DNA of 61,223 nucleotides, filler included. It is 7 parts of 7 records of this genome, joined end to end, with 100 filler letters (N's around TTAATTAATTAA, not from the genome) between each part and the next. Parts side by side here need not be neighbours in the genome. Positions count along the whole stretch, not along the records: positions 35,799 to 48,370 come from SRR31156797_53000; positions 48,471 to 54,551 come from SRR31156797_53038; 5 more parts are not named here. One strand, given 5' to 3'. The notes beneath the pieces were generated by a model that was given only the letters and a program-made list of their open reading frames with translations, searched no databases and was not told the DNA's origin. The position numbers and the translations under genes are program-made. Shown piece after piece: positions 40,153 to 50,041 of this stretch; the first letter of the stretch is position 1, and every line of letters begins with the position of its first letter.

Positions 40153-41058
40153 ATGACTATCAGGACCATGGACGCAATCAATCGTCTTGCTCCCAACGCC
40201 AGGGAAAATTACCTTGAAGCAATCCGTAAGGGCGACCCGCTCTTTGAGGCGCACCGGATTACGACTCCTCTGCGCATGGCCAATTTCCTGGCCCAGGCCC
40301 TCCATGAGACGGGCGGGTTTCGGATTCTGCGGGAGAGCATGAATTACTCTGCATCCCGGCTGGTCGAAATCTTCGGGGTTCATCATCATTCCGCTGCGGT
40401 GACGGTTGCCGAGGCGGAAAAACTGGCCCGCCATCCTGAAAAGATTGCCGAAAGGGTGTATGGCCTCGGTAACCCGCGCAAGGCAAGGGAGCTTGGAAAT
40501 TCAGAGCCGGGGGACGGATTTCGTTACCGGGGTAACGGGCTGCTCCAGACCACCGGGCGGTTCAATCATCGTCGCATGGGAGAGGCCTGCGGGGTTGATT
40601 TTGAATCCAGCCCTGAGCTTGTGATCGCTCCTGAACACGCCCTGAAACCCGCCCTCCATGAGTGGAGTGAAAGCAATCTGAACCACTCGGCAGACAAGAA
40701 CGATATCCGTACCATCACCCGGCGTATCAATGGCGGTCTGATCGGTTTCGCCGACCGTGAAGCATGGTTCAACAAGCTGTGGCCGTTGCTGAAGTCCGAC
40801 AGTCACCCGGAGGCGGCCTGGGAAGCCAGTGAGGAGGATGATTTTGTGACATGGCTCCAGCGGTCCCTTAATGAGCTTGGCGCATCTCCCCAACTCGTTG
40901 TTGACGGCCGTCAGGGGCCGGCCACGCGACGGGCGGTGATGGATTTTCAAGTTGCCGCAGGGCTTGTTGTCGATGGCATCCCGGGCCCGGTCACCGAGGC
41001 TGCCGTCAAGCTGAGGCTCAATACAACCAAGGGCGCCAGGGAGTTCTCCCAGTCCTAG
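40153..41058 (+). CDS. Glycoside hydrolase family 19 (lysozyme/chitinase-like) with C-terminal peptidoglycan-binding domain
   Basis: FLAQALHETGG, DGFRYRGNGLLQTTG, ITRRINGG; LQRSL...VDGRQGPATRRAVMDFQ...GLVVDGIPGPVT. Confidence 0.88.
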   Translation: MTIRTMDAINRLAPNARENYLEAIRKGDPLFEAHRITTPLRMANFLAQALHETGGFRILRESMNYSASRLVEIFGVHHHSAAVTVAEAEKLARHPEKIAERVYGLGNPRKARELGNSEPGDGFRYRGNGLLQTTGRFNHRRMGEACGVDFESSPELVIAPEHALKPALHEWSESNLNHSADKNDIRTITRRINGGLIGFADREAWFNKLWPLLKSDSHPEAAWEASEEDDFVTWLQRSLNELGASPQLVVDGRQGPATRRAVMDFQVAAGLVVDGIPGPVTEAAVKLRLNTTKGAREFSQS

Positions 41059-41129
41059 GTGACAATGGAAGTAAAATGTGACAGAATACTGCGTCGGCTC
41101 AAACTGTTAACCAGGAATAGGAATATTAC

Positions 41130-42344
41130 ATGAACCAGGTATTTGAACAATGCTCGATCGGTCCGCTTGTATTCAAGAACAGGATCATCCGGGCCGCAAC
41201 CCATGAGGGAATGGCGGGTCCGGATGGAAGGCCAAAGGAGAAACTCCTTGACCTTTATAAACGTTTGGCAAAGGGCGGAGCCGGCGGGATCATCACCGGC
41301 TACATGGGCGTGAAGCGGAACGGCCGGGCCTTTTCAAATCAGCTCATGTTTGATGATGACACCTATATAGACATTTACCGGGCCATGAACGATGAGCTGA
41401 AACCGTTTAACGTGCCCGTTATTTTGCAGCTTGCCCACGCCGGCAGCAGGGCCATGGGCAAAGTCACCGGGCAGCCGGTGGTCAGTGCGAGCCCCGGCGG
41501 GAAAAACGACTACGGGGACAGGATCGGGGAAGCGAGCGACGCTGAGATACGGTCCATCATCAAGGCCTTTGTGGCGGCGGTGGTGCGGGCAAAGGCGGCG
41601 GGCTTTGACGGTGTTGAGCTCCATGGGGCCCACGGGTATCTGCTTTCGGAATTCGTATCCCCGGTGTTGAACAAACGAAGGGACCAGTGGGGCGGAACCA
41701 CTGAGAAACGGGTGAGGATCATCACCGAGATCCTCACCGCTGCGCGCAAGCAAGTTGGCGAGAGCTTTCCTATCCTCGTAAAGATGAGCGGGGACGATGA
41801 ATTCAAAGCCGGCCTGGCAAAAGAGGAGGCTGTCAGGATTGTCCGGTTGCTCCAGGCGGCCTCCTGCGACGCCGTGGAAGTTTCCTGCGGTTATGGCGAC
41901 TTCATGCACATTGTCCGTATGCCCAAGGTGCCGGTGGACGCCATTCTTGAGCTCATGCCCATGTATAGCGACAAGCCGGGGATACTGAAAAAGCTACTTG
42001 GGCCCATTGTTCCGTTCCTGTTAAAGGTTCGCACGCCCCTGTTGAATTACAATGTTCCCCTTGCCGCATATATCAAGCAGAATGTCGATATCCCGGTCAT
42101 GGTCGTGGGCGGAATCAGGAGCCTGGAAGATATAAAAACGGCTGTATCGGACCAGGGGATTGATTGCGTGTCCATGTCCCGGCCGTTTATCATCGAACCC
42201 GATATCGTGAACAGGTTTCAACAGGGCCAGGAAAGCTCCCGGTGCATCAACTGCGGGTATTGCCTGATTGGGGTGACCGGAAATATGCTGCGCTGCTATT
42301 ATGGACGGATTCCAGCGTCAATTATCAACAAACAGGGGAGTTGA
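41130..42344 (+). CDS. NADH:flavin oxidoreductase (old yellow enzyme family)
   Basis: KNRIIRAATHE, AGFDGVELHGAHGYLLSEF, C-terminal CINCGYC. Confidence 0.92.
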   Translation: MNQVFEQCSIGPLVFKNRIIRAATHEGMAGPDGRPKEKLLDLYKRLAKGGAGGIITGYMGVKRNGRAFSNQLMFDDDTYIDIYRAMNDELKPFNVPVILQLAHAGSRAMGKVTGQPVVSASPGGKNDYGDRIGEASDAEIRSIIKAFVAAVVRAKAAGFDGVELHGAHGYLLSEFVSPVLNKRRDQWGGTTEKRVRIITEILTAARKQVGESFPILVKMSGDDEFKAGLAKEEAVRIVRLLQAASCDAVEVSCGYGDFMHIVRMPKVPVDAILELMPMYSDKPGILKKLLGPIVPFLLKVRTPLLNYNVPLAAYIKQNVDIPVMVVGGIRSLEDIKTAVSDQGIDCVSMSRPFIIEPDIVNRFQQGQESSRCINCGYCLIGVTGNMLRCYYGRIPASIINKQGS

Positions 42345-42345
42345 G

Positions 42346-43089
42346 ATGAAAATAGCAGCGTTGGCTGATATCCATAGTAATGTGTATGCACTGGAGGCGG
42401 TCCTTGCCGACGCCGGGAACCGTTCTGCCGATCTCATGGTCAATCTGGGGGATACCCTGTATGGGCCCATCGCTCCCCGGGCCACCTATGACAAACTGAT
42501 GGCCCATGAGGTTGTTACCATACGGGGGAACCAGGATCGTATGATCCATGAGGCCACCCGGGATGAAATAAAATCAAATCCCACCTTGGGGTTCGTCCTG
42601 GACGATCTGGGCCGGGAACCGCTGGATTGGATGAAGTCCCTTCCCTTTGATTGCCGGCTGACCGATGAGATTTATCTTTGCCACGGCAGCCCGGCCAACG
42701 ACCTGGAGTATCTGCTGGAAAACGTTGAAGCCGGCACTCCGAAAGTGCGTTCCGATGCCGAGATTCTGGAACTGCTGAATGGCAATTCGTCAAAGGTGAT
42801 TGTCTGCGGACATACCCATGTGCCGCGCACGGTTGAACTGAGCACCGGCCAGCTGGTTGTGAATCCGGGAAGTGTGGGGCTGCCGGCCTATACCGATGAC
42901 GAACCGGTACCCCATTCCATGGAGAATCACAGCCCCCACGCCTCCTATGCCATGCTTGAAAACGTTGAGTCCGGCTGGACGGTGGCCCATATCAAGGTTG
43001 CCTATGACCACCATCTCGCTGCCAATGCCGCTGCCGGACTCAACCGCAGGGATTGGGTGCATTTCCTGACAACGGGCAGGGGATTGTGA
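42346..43089 (+). CDS. Metallophosphoesterase
   Basis: DIHSN, NLGD, RGNQD, CHGSP, GHTH, NPGSVG. Confidence 0.92.
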   Translation: MKIAALADIHSNVYALEAVLADAGNRSADLMVNLGDTLYGPIAPRATYDKLMAHEVVTIRGNQDRMIHEATRDEIKSNPTLGFVLDDLGREPLDWMKSLPFDCRLTDEIYLCHGSPANDLEYLLENVEAGTPKVRSDAEILELLNGNSSKVIVCGHTHVPRTVELSTGQLVVNPGSVGLPAYTDDEPVPHSMENHSPHASYAMLENVESGWTVAHIKVAYDHHLAANAAAGLNRRDWVHFLTTGRGL

Positions 43090-43099
43090 CACGGGCCGA

Positions 43100-45157
43100 T
43101 CACTTCAGGCGAAATCCCTTTAACAGGTCCTTGACCTGGTCTTCCGTCTTTTTCAGCTGATCCTTGTCGATTTTTTTGTCCTTGATGATTGTTTCGATCT
43201 GTTCCTTGTCGATTTTGCCGTCCTTGATGATCTTTTTGAGCTCCTCTTCAGCCGGAATGACGGATTTGACCATGGATTTCAGGTCCGGGCTGAATTTGGG
43301 GTTGGCAAAGGTGCCGGAGATCAGGACCGGCACCATGATGCCGCTACGTTCCGTGGTATCCCCCTGTCCTTTCAGGGTGGCCACGAACTTGGGTTCCACC
43401 CGCATGTCCAGGGTCTCTTTCACGAGATCGGCCTTTCCCTTTGCCGTTACCCGGAGAAGGGGAGAGGCCAGGCTGGTGCCCGGGGTGTTGACAAGGCCGT
43501 TGGTGATGGTGAAGGGCACATGGAGCTCCGCAAAGTCGGTGCGGGGCTTTTCCGTTGGTTTCTCTCCACCTGTGAAGCTTGCCGCTAGGTTCCGCACCAT
43601 GCCCGGGATGTCGATCCCCACGATGGCGCCGTCCATGAATTTGAGATAGCCGTTGCCGTTCAGGCTTTTTTTGATGGCTGCAGGGGTCTCGCCCTTGAGG
43701 GAGAGCTTGAGGGTTGATTCAAGTGTGCCATGGAGGACCTCCTTTTCCAGTACATCGGTGAGAAGGGGACCGGACGCTATGCCCTTGGCCTGAAGGTTGA
43801 GGTTTACCTTTGGGGTGTCGGTCCTGACATCCAGGCCGGCCGTGGAGGCGATGCTGCCCTGGTAGAGGTCGAGCCCCAGGGGATCGATGTTGAACCGTCC
43901 GTTTTTTCCCTTGATCTTCATTTGGATCTTTTCCAGTTTTGCCCGGTTGGCCACAAGGCTGCCGATCTTGACGCTGCCGTCGAGAACAAGTTTTCTCAAG
44001 GGGGTGTAATCGGTCTTGGCCCGGGGGGCTGGCTTGGCCGGGGGCGCGGTGGCAGCGGCCGGGGGCTTCGCTTCTTCCTTCGGGGGGGCCGGGGGAAGGT
44101 AGCGGTCCAGGTTTATCTGGTCAAGGGCCACGTCAAAGGCAAGATCGGGTTTGGCGAACTCCCTGGCCCGGGCCGAGAAGTTCAGGGTGGAGTCGTCCAG
44201 TCCGAGGACACCGCCGGAAACATTCACCTTGCCGGGATCTCCCTTGAGGTTCAGGTCGAGGGAAACACGCTCCAGGACGTTGGGGTCGGCTGTTGTCACC
44301 GGGAACGGTATGCCAAGGGAGGCCATGAGCTTTTTCGGGGAAAAGGGGGACAGGGCAAGGCTCAGGTCGAAATTCGGGGTCTGGATCGGATCCACGACAG
44401 CCCCTTTGACCTGCATGGTGATTTCTTCCAGGGCCGCGAGGGTGATATCAAGGGGGATGGTTCCCTTGCCGGGCTCTTTTCCAAGGGGGCCGACCTGGCC
44501 GTCCAGGGCGACGGGATGGCCGTCGGCCAGGGCTGAAAACTTGATCTTGATGGGCGTTTCAAGGCTGAGATCCGCCAGGGTCAGGGTGATGCCGGAGATC
44601 TCCTTTTCAAGGTCCTGCCCCTCGTCCCTGTAGCGGACAAGGCCGTTTGTGATGGCAAACTGATCCACGGACAGGGCTTTCACGGGCAGGGCTCGTGCCG
44701 GCTCCTTTGGTGCGGGACGCTTTTCCGTCTCCTGTGGGGGAGCTGGAGGAGTCCCTGGCTTGGCCAGGATCCAGTTGGCCTGGCCGTTCTTCTTTTTCTC
44801 CAGGAAGACCTGGGGACTCTCCAGGATAAATTTTTTGACCTCCACCGATTTGGAAAGCAGTGGCAGGACTTTTACCCTTACTTCAAATCGTTCCACCGTG
44901 ACAAAGGCGTCCCCGGCAAATCCTTTCGGATTGCCTAGGGAGAGGTCGGAGAGGGCCACGCCCACCCAGGGAAAGAGGGAAAGATCGAGCTCTCCCCCAA
45001 GTACAAAGGGTCTGCCCGTGGCTTCGGTGACCTGTTTTTCGATGGTAGGCCTGTACTTGTTGATATCCACAAACCGGGGGATCAGCAGGATGGCCAGGAC
45101 CATGAGAACAACAACGCTTGCGCATGCGATCAAAGCCCATTTGAGAAATTTGTTCAT
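43100..45157 (-). CDS. AsmA-family protein
   Basis: N-terminal TM, DINKYRPTIEKQVTEATGR, INLDRYLPP, VPVLISGTFANP. Confidence 0.88.
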   Translation of the reverse strand: MNKFLKWALIACASVVVLMVLAILLIPRFVDINKYRPTIEKQVTEATGRPFVLGGELDLSLFPWVGVALSDLSLGNPKGFAGDAFVTVERFEVRVKVLPLLSKSVEVKKFILESPQVFLEKKKNGQANWILAKPGTPPAPPQETEKRPAPKEPARALPVKALSVDQFAITNGLVRYRDEGQDLEKEISGITLTLADLSLETPIKIKFSALADGHPVALDGQVGPLGKEPGKGTIPLDITLAALEEITMQVKGAVVDPIQTPNFDLSLALSPFSPKKLMASLGIPFPVTTADPNVLERVSLDLNLKGDPGKVNVSGGVLGLDDSTLNFSARAREFAKPDLAFDVALDQINLDRYLPPAPPKEEAKPPAAATAPPAKPAPRAKTDYTPLRKLVLDGSVKIGSLVANRAKLEKIQMKIKGKNGRFNIDPLGLDLYQGSIASTAGLDVRTDTPKVNLNLQAKGIASGPLLTDVLEKEVLHGTLESTLKLSLKGETPAAIKKSLNGNGYLKFMDGAIVGIDIPGMVRNLAASFTGGEKPTEKPRTDFAELHVPFTITNGLVNTPGTSLASPLLRVTAKGKADLVKETLDMRVEPKFVATLKGQGDTTERSGIMVPVLISGTFANPKFSPDLKSMVKSVIPAEEELKKIIKDGKIDKEQIETIIKDKKIDKDQLKKTEDQVKDLLKGFRLK

Positions 45158-45168
45158 GGAGTACTCCT

Positions 45169-45909
45169 TTATTTAATACTTTCAAATACTGTCTTTAACA
45201 GGTCGGTGACCCGGGCCGCGGGATCCTGGCGGATCTTCAGCTCCTCTTTTTCAAGCATGAGAAAGAGGCCGTCCAGGGCCCTGGCCGTGACATAGGCGTC
45301 GGGATCCTGGGTCAATGCGCCTGCAAAGGGGATGGACGCCGTTTTTGCTGAAAGATCCTGGAAGAGCCGGGTGGCGTCGACCTCGGCCATGGCGTCGTGG
45401 ATAATGGGTTCAAACAGGCCTGCCAGCTTCTGTTCGGTTCGCTCCTTGAAGTAGAGGGTCGCCTCGTTGTCCCTTCCGTTGAGGATCTTCCTGGCATCGT
45501 CAAAGGAGATCTGCCCGATGGTGTCCACAAAGAGGGAGAGCGCCTGGGGCGCGGCACGTTCCGCCGCCCGGTTCATGCTTTGTTCAAACTGGTCCACCGT
45601 GGCGCCGAACCCCACGGACCTGAGCATCTTTTCCACCTTTTGGACCGATGGGGGCAGGGGGATCTTGATCTCCGGATTAAGGTAATAGCCGTCGGCTTTG
45701 GAGACCATGGACACGGCGCTTTGGGCGCCTTTCTCCAGGGCCTCCTTCAAACCCTTGATGATGGTCTCTTCGGACAGCGGTGCCGGCTCGCTCTTTTCGG
45801 TCTGCCCAAGGCCCTTGAGAATATCCATAAGGCCTGCATGGGGTGTGGGCAGGGGAAAAACGAAAAGCATAATCATAAGAATTATTATGATGGTGTTGCG
45901 GTATGCCAT
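45169..45909 (-). CDS. DUF4197-family protein
   Basis: GLKEALEKG, IKIPLP, MNRAAERA, ALDGLF...EELKIRQDPAARVTDLL. Confidence 0.85.
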   Translation of the reverse strand: MAYRNTIIIILMIMLFVFPLPTPHAGLMDILKGLGQTEKSEPAPLSEETIIKGLKEALEKGAQSAVSMVSKADGYYLNPEIKIPLPPSVQKVEKMLRSVGFGATVDQFEQSMNRAAERAAPQALSLFVDTIGQISFDDARKILNGRDNEATLYFKERTEQKLAGLFEPIIHDAMAEVDATRLFQDLSAKTASIPFAGALTQDPDAYVTARALDGLFLMLEKEELKIRQDPAARVTDLLKTVFESIK

Positions 45910-45959
45910 GATCTGCGTCCCCCTTTTTTTTTGCGGGTGAACCATATTGTTGGATTGAA

Positions 45960-46589
45960 TCAGCCTTTTCTGAGGACATTTACGTCGATTTTGCCTTTCA
46001 GGCCGCTCTTGAAAATTTCGGCATCGTTGGTGTCGCCCACGATGCTGCCGTAGTGCATGGGGATGGCAAGGGCGGGTTTGATGGTCAGGGCCGCCTCCAC
46101 CGCCTCCTTTGCCGTCATCACATAGGTGCCTGACACGGGGAGCAGGGCGATGTCGGTGTTGAAATTTTTCATTTCGGGAATGAGATCCGTGTCCCCGGCA
46201 TGGTAGACCCGGGTGCCGTCAATGGTGAGGATGAAGCCGAGCCAGTTGTTCGCCTTTGGATGGAATTTTTTGTTGATGTTGTAAGCGGGCACGGCCTCGA
46301 TATCTATTCCCCTGGCCGTGAGGCTGTCCCCCGGGGCCATCACACGGACGTCGCCGGAGAGCTTTTTGGCGGAATCCTTTTCCGTGACAATGACGGTGTC
46401 GTCCTTCTGGACCTTTGCGACATCCTCGGGGGAGCAGTGGTCAAAGTGTTCGTGGGTGATCAGGATGAGATCCGCGGGGGGGCCCGGCTGGATTTTGAAG
46501 GGGTCGATGTAGATGGTGAGACCGGCATCGATTCGGATACTGTCGTGGCCCAGCCAGTGGATCATGCTGCTTACGGTTTCAACGGTCAT
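45960..46589 (-). CDS. MBL-fold metallo-hydrolase
   Basis: ITHEHFDH, YHAGDTD, IPMHYG. Confidence 0.9.
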   Translation of the reverse strand: MTVETVSSMIHWLGHDSIRIDAGLTIYIDPFKIQPGPPADLILITHEHFDHCSPEDVAKVQKDDTVIVTEKDSAKKLSGDVRVMAPGDSLTARGIDIEAVPAYNINKKFHPKANNWLGFILTIDGTRVYHAGDTDLIPEMKNFNTDIALLPVSGTYVMTAKEAVEAALTIKPALAIPMHYGSIVGDTNDAEIFKSGLKGKIDVNVLRKG

Positions 46590-46701
46590 TGTTTTCTCCT
46601 TTTGTTTTTATATGTAATATCGGGGTCAGGATGAGCCTGCCCCCTGAGGGTGTTTCCTTTTTTCATTCAACGGCGATTATACCGTTTCCCGTTGAGGAAA
46701 A

Positions 46702-48370
46702 TCAACCATCCTCCTGGGCCCTTGTATCAAAGAAGCCGGCACCGGTCTGGTTCCGGCTGTCCTGGAACACCGACAGGCCCATCCGGTCGCAGCAGGAGGG
46801 CACATGGATCATGTGGATCACCGGTTCAAGGTGCGCAAGATCGGGGTGGCTTGCGGCAAGCCGGTTCGGGGAGTCAAGAAGAAACTCCTCCCTGAAAAAC
46901 GACTCGGGATCGTCCGGGAAGATTGCCACATGGACGATCCCCGATTCCACAAGGTCGTTGAAAAAGTGGGTGCCGTAGGAGACCTCCGGGGTGGATCCGT
47001 TTTCCTCGTAGGCGACCTCTCCCAGCACCAGGGCGTTGTTGATATCCTCGTATCCCGCCCTGACCCCGAGGTTGATGTCGTTGCTGCCCCAGCGCCCCGG
47101 GCCGAACAGGGCGTAGCGCTTGCCGGCAAGGCCCCGGTTGATAAGGCTTACGGCTTTGCTGATTTCGATCTTCCTGTCCACCGAGGGAAGGGCGGCATAG
47201 GCCCGTGGATCCACGTACACAATGTATTCGATATTGTGGACAGCCCCCCCTGAGATGATCCGGTTGTTCTTGAAAAAGAGCCGCTCTTTCTCAATATCAT
47301 CGGGCATGACAATGGCCTCGTCCCTGGCCACGCTCAGGGTCCTGCACTGGACAATGTAAAGATGGTCGCCGTCCCAGGCAAACTCCACGTCCACCGGGGT
47401 GCCGTAGGCCTCGGCCAGGCTGGCGAGGCTCTTTTTCATCAGCCGGGGCAGGGGGGTCTTCCGGATGAGGTTGTCAAAGGTGATGCAGGTGCGGTTGAGG
47501 GCAAGCTTTGTCGATTTGAACATGGGCGGGGCAAGATGGCCTTCCGTATCTTCGGACAGGGCATAGAAGAGATCCGGGTGCTTGATCTCCCCCATGATCT
47601 CCCGGTAGCTCCTTGATTCGAGCTGCCCGGTTTCAAGGTTGAGAACATCCATGAACTTCTGGGAGTATTTCCTGATCTTGTCCGGGGTGACCTCGGGCCG
47701 GAGCAAGGGATCGCTCAGGTGAATCATCCGTGGATAATCTCCACCGATTCTGTCCACGGCCCGGGTACCCAGCCCCAGCACCAGGCGCATCATCCCGTCC
47801 TCCTTGTTGATGCGCGGGGTCCAGGAGTAGGCGCTGAAGCTGAAACCCACCCCGGCCGCAAATGGGAAAAAATAGCGGCCGAACCGCCTGCCCACCACCT
47901 TCTGTACAAGGACGCTCATTTGCTCGTTGAAATCCAGCAGGTTGTTCTTTTTCCGGTAAAGGATCGGGGCCGGGCCAAAGGTGCTCATGTGGACCCGGTT
48001 GAGCCCCCGGATAAAGGATTTCAGCCGGGTCTCCATGTCCCCCTGGTTGCCCAGGAACACGGAGTCGTATTTTCCCGAGAACGCATACCCGAAGTTGTCC
48101 TCCAGCAGGCTCGAGGAGCGAAGCACCAGGGGGGATTCCCCCGTGATCTCCAGCAGGTACCTGAACTTCTCCATCATCTCCTTGGAGAAGGAGGCGTTGG
48201 CAAAGAGGTCGGCGATCTGTTTGTACTCCTCTTCGATCATCTCCCGGCTCTTGTACTTCTGGGAGTGGAAGTGGAAGAGCTCGTTCCGGTCGATGAAATC
48301 CGAGAACACCCCTGTGTTGACGTACCAGGACTCGGGGATACGGATGTGGCGCTCAAGTTCCGGGTCGCCC
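46702..48370 (-). CDS. PEP/pyruvate-binding domain (PPDK N-terminal) protein, 5' end cut
   Basis: VLRSSSLLED, FSGKYDS, GLGTRAV, PVDVEFA, GPGRWGS, SYGTHFF. Confidence 0.85.
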
Positions 48371-48470
48371 NNNNNNNNNNNNNNNNNNNNNNNNNNNNNN
48401 NNNNNNNNNNNNNNTTAATTAATTAANNNNNNNNNNNNNNNNNNNNNNNNNNNNNNNNNNNNNNNNNNNN
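48371..48470. other. Artificial contig spacer
   Basis: N run / TTAATTAATTAA / N run. Confidence 0.99.
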
Positions 48471-48550
48471 ATCGGGCAAATTGGCCATTTCCGGATGCAC
48501 GCTATCTAAAACGAACGAGGAAAAAGGCGGCCGACCACCGGATTCCCATT

Positions 48551-49903
48551 CTATACGCCATGGAATCCCGTATAGGTGCTCGGTGTTATCGCCAGCAATT
48601 CGCCTTTCACCGAGTCCGAAACATCCAGGGACGCGATGAAAGATGCAATGGATTTTTCATCAATGGCGGCATGCGTTCGGGTAAGTGCCAATAATGCCTC
48701 ATAAGGTTTGGGGTAGCCCTCCCGGCGAAGCACGGTTTGGATTCCTTCGGCCACCACCGCCCAGTTGGCCTCCAGATCCCTTTTCAACGCCTCTTCATTG
48801 AGGATCAATTTGCCCAGTCCTCGCTGAATGGATTTTATGGCAATCAAGGTGTGCCCCATGGGAACTCCGATATTCCTTGTCACTGTCGAGTCCGTCAGGT
48901 CCCGCTGAAGCCTGGAAATAGGCAGTTTAGCAGACAAATGTTCAAAAATAGCGTTGGCAATACCGAGATTGCCCTCAGCATTTTCGAAATCGATGGGATT
49001 GACTTTATGGGGCATGGCGGATGAACCGATTTCCCCGGCTTTGATTTTCTGTTTGAAATAGTCCATGGATATGTAGGTCCACAGATCCCGGCAAAGATCG
49101 AGTAAAATCGTATTGATTCGCTTCACCCCGTCAAAAAAAGCCGCCAGGTTGTCGTAATGTTCAATTTGTGTGGTGGTAAGAGACCGATTGAGGCCCAAAC
49201 GGTCGTTGACCAGCCGGTTGCCGAAAGCAACCCAGTCCCTATCGGGGTAGGCCACGCAGTGTGCATTGAAATTTCCGGTGGCACCACCGAATTTGGCGGA
49301 AAAGGGAACCGTTTTCAAAAGCCTCATCTGTTCGTTGATGCGCTCCACAAAGACAAACAGCTCCTTCCCCAGGCGAGTTGGGGAGGCTGGCTGGCCGTGG
49401 GTTCTGGCCAGCATGGGGATGGATTTCCACGATTGCGCCTTGGCTTCCAGTTCGGACACGGTTTGATGGAGAACCGGCAGCATCACCGATTGCCATGCCT
49501 CTTTCAGGGCCAGAGGCACAGCCGTATTGTTGATGTCCTGAGAGGTCAGTCCGAAATGGATGAACTCTTTATAGGCGGAGAGGCCCAAATCGTCAAAGAC
49601 CTCTTTGAGAAAATATTCCACCGCTTTGACATCGTGATTGGTGGTTTTTTCGATCTCTTTGATCCTGATCGCCTCTTGGATCGTAAAAGCATCGCCCGTT
49701 TCACGCAGCCGGTCGAACAGGACCGGGTCGACAGGGGCCAGCGGTGGCAACGGCAGCTGACACAACGCGATAAAATATTCGATCTCCACTTTGACCCGAT
49801 ACCGGATCAATGCGCTTTCACTGAAATAATCGGACAAGGCGGAGGTCGCACGATGGTAACGACCGTCCACAGGAGAAACAGCGGTTAAGGGGGTGAGAGA
49901 CAT
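48551..49903 (-). CDS. purB: Adenylosuccinate lyase (E. coli type)
   Basis: SPVDGRY, TNHDVKAVEY, GSSAMPHKVNPIDFEN, SRLQRDLTDS; SD AAGGAG before ATG 49903. Confidence 0.96.
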   Translation of the reverse strand: MSLTPLTAVSPVDGRYHRATSALSDYFSESALIRYRVKVEIEYFIALCQLPLPPLAPVDPVLFDRLRETGDAFTIQEAIRIKEIEKTTNHDVKAVEYFLKEVFDDLGLSAYKEFIHFGLTSQDINNTAVPLALKEAWQSVMLPVLHQTVSELEAKAQSWKSIPMLARTHGQPASPTRLGKELFVFVERINEQMRLLKTVPFSAKFGGATGNFNAHCVAYPDRDWVAFGNRLVNDRLGLNRSLTTTQIEHYDNLAAFFDGVKRINTILLDLCRDLWTYISMDYFKQKIKAGEIGSSAMPHKVNPIDFENAEGNLGIANAIFEHLSAKLPISRLQRDLTDSTVTRNIGVPMGHTLIAIKSIQRGLGKLILNEEALKRDLEANWAVVAEGIQTVLRREGYPKPYEALLALTRTHAAIDEKSIASFIASLDVSDSVKGELLAITPSTYTGFHGV

Positions 49904-50041
49904 GGAAACTCCTTCTAAATTTTTTACAAACCACAAGAACCAAAATAGAAATAACGTATGCGTTCCAATAAACAAATGATCAAACGCCGAACTGGATAAA
50001 CTGCCGATCAGGTCACGGTAGAAATTTGTTTTTTTGTAATT

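Noticed and set aside
38170..43089. Integron cassette array (five co-directional unrelated genes)
   Set aside because: No convincing paired RYYYAAC/GTTRRRY attC sites in the gaps and no integrase; GTTAACC near 41105 does not fit the core
43164..46634. Long antisense and alternate-frame ORFs here and over other GC-rich genes
   Set aside because: Shadow ORFs opposite well-supported genes, expected from GC-rich codon usage
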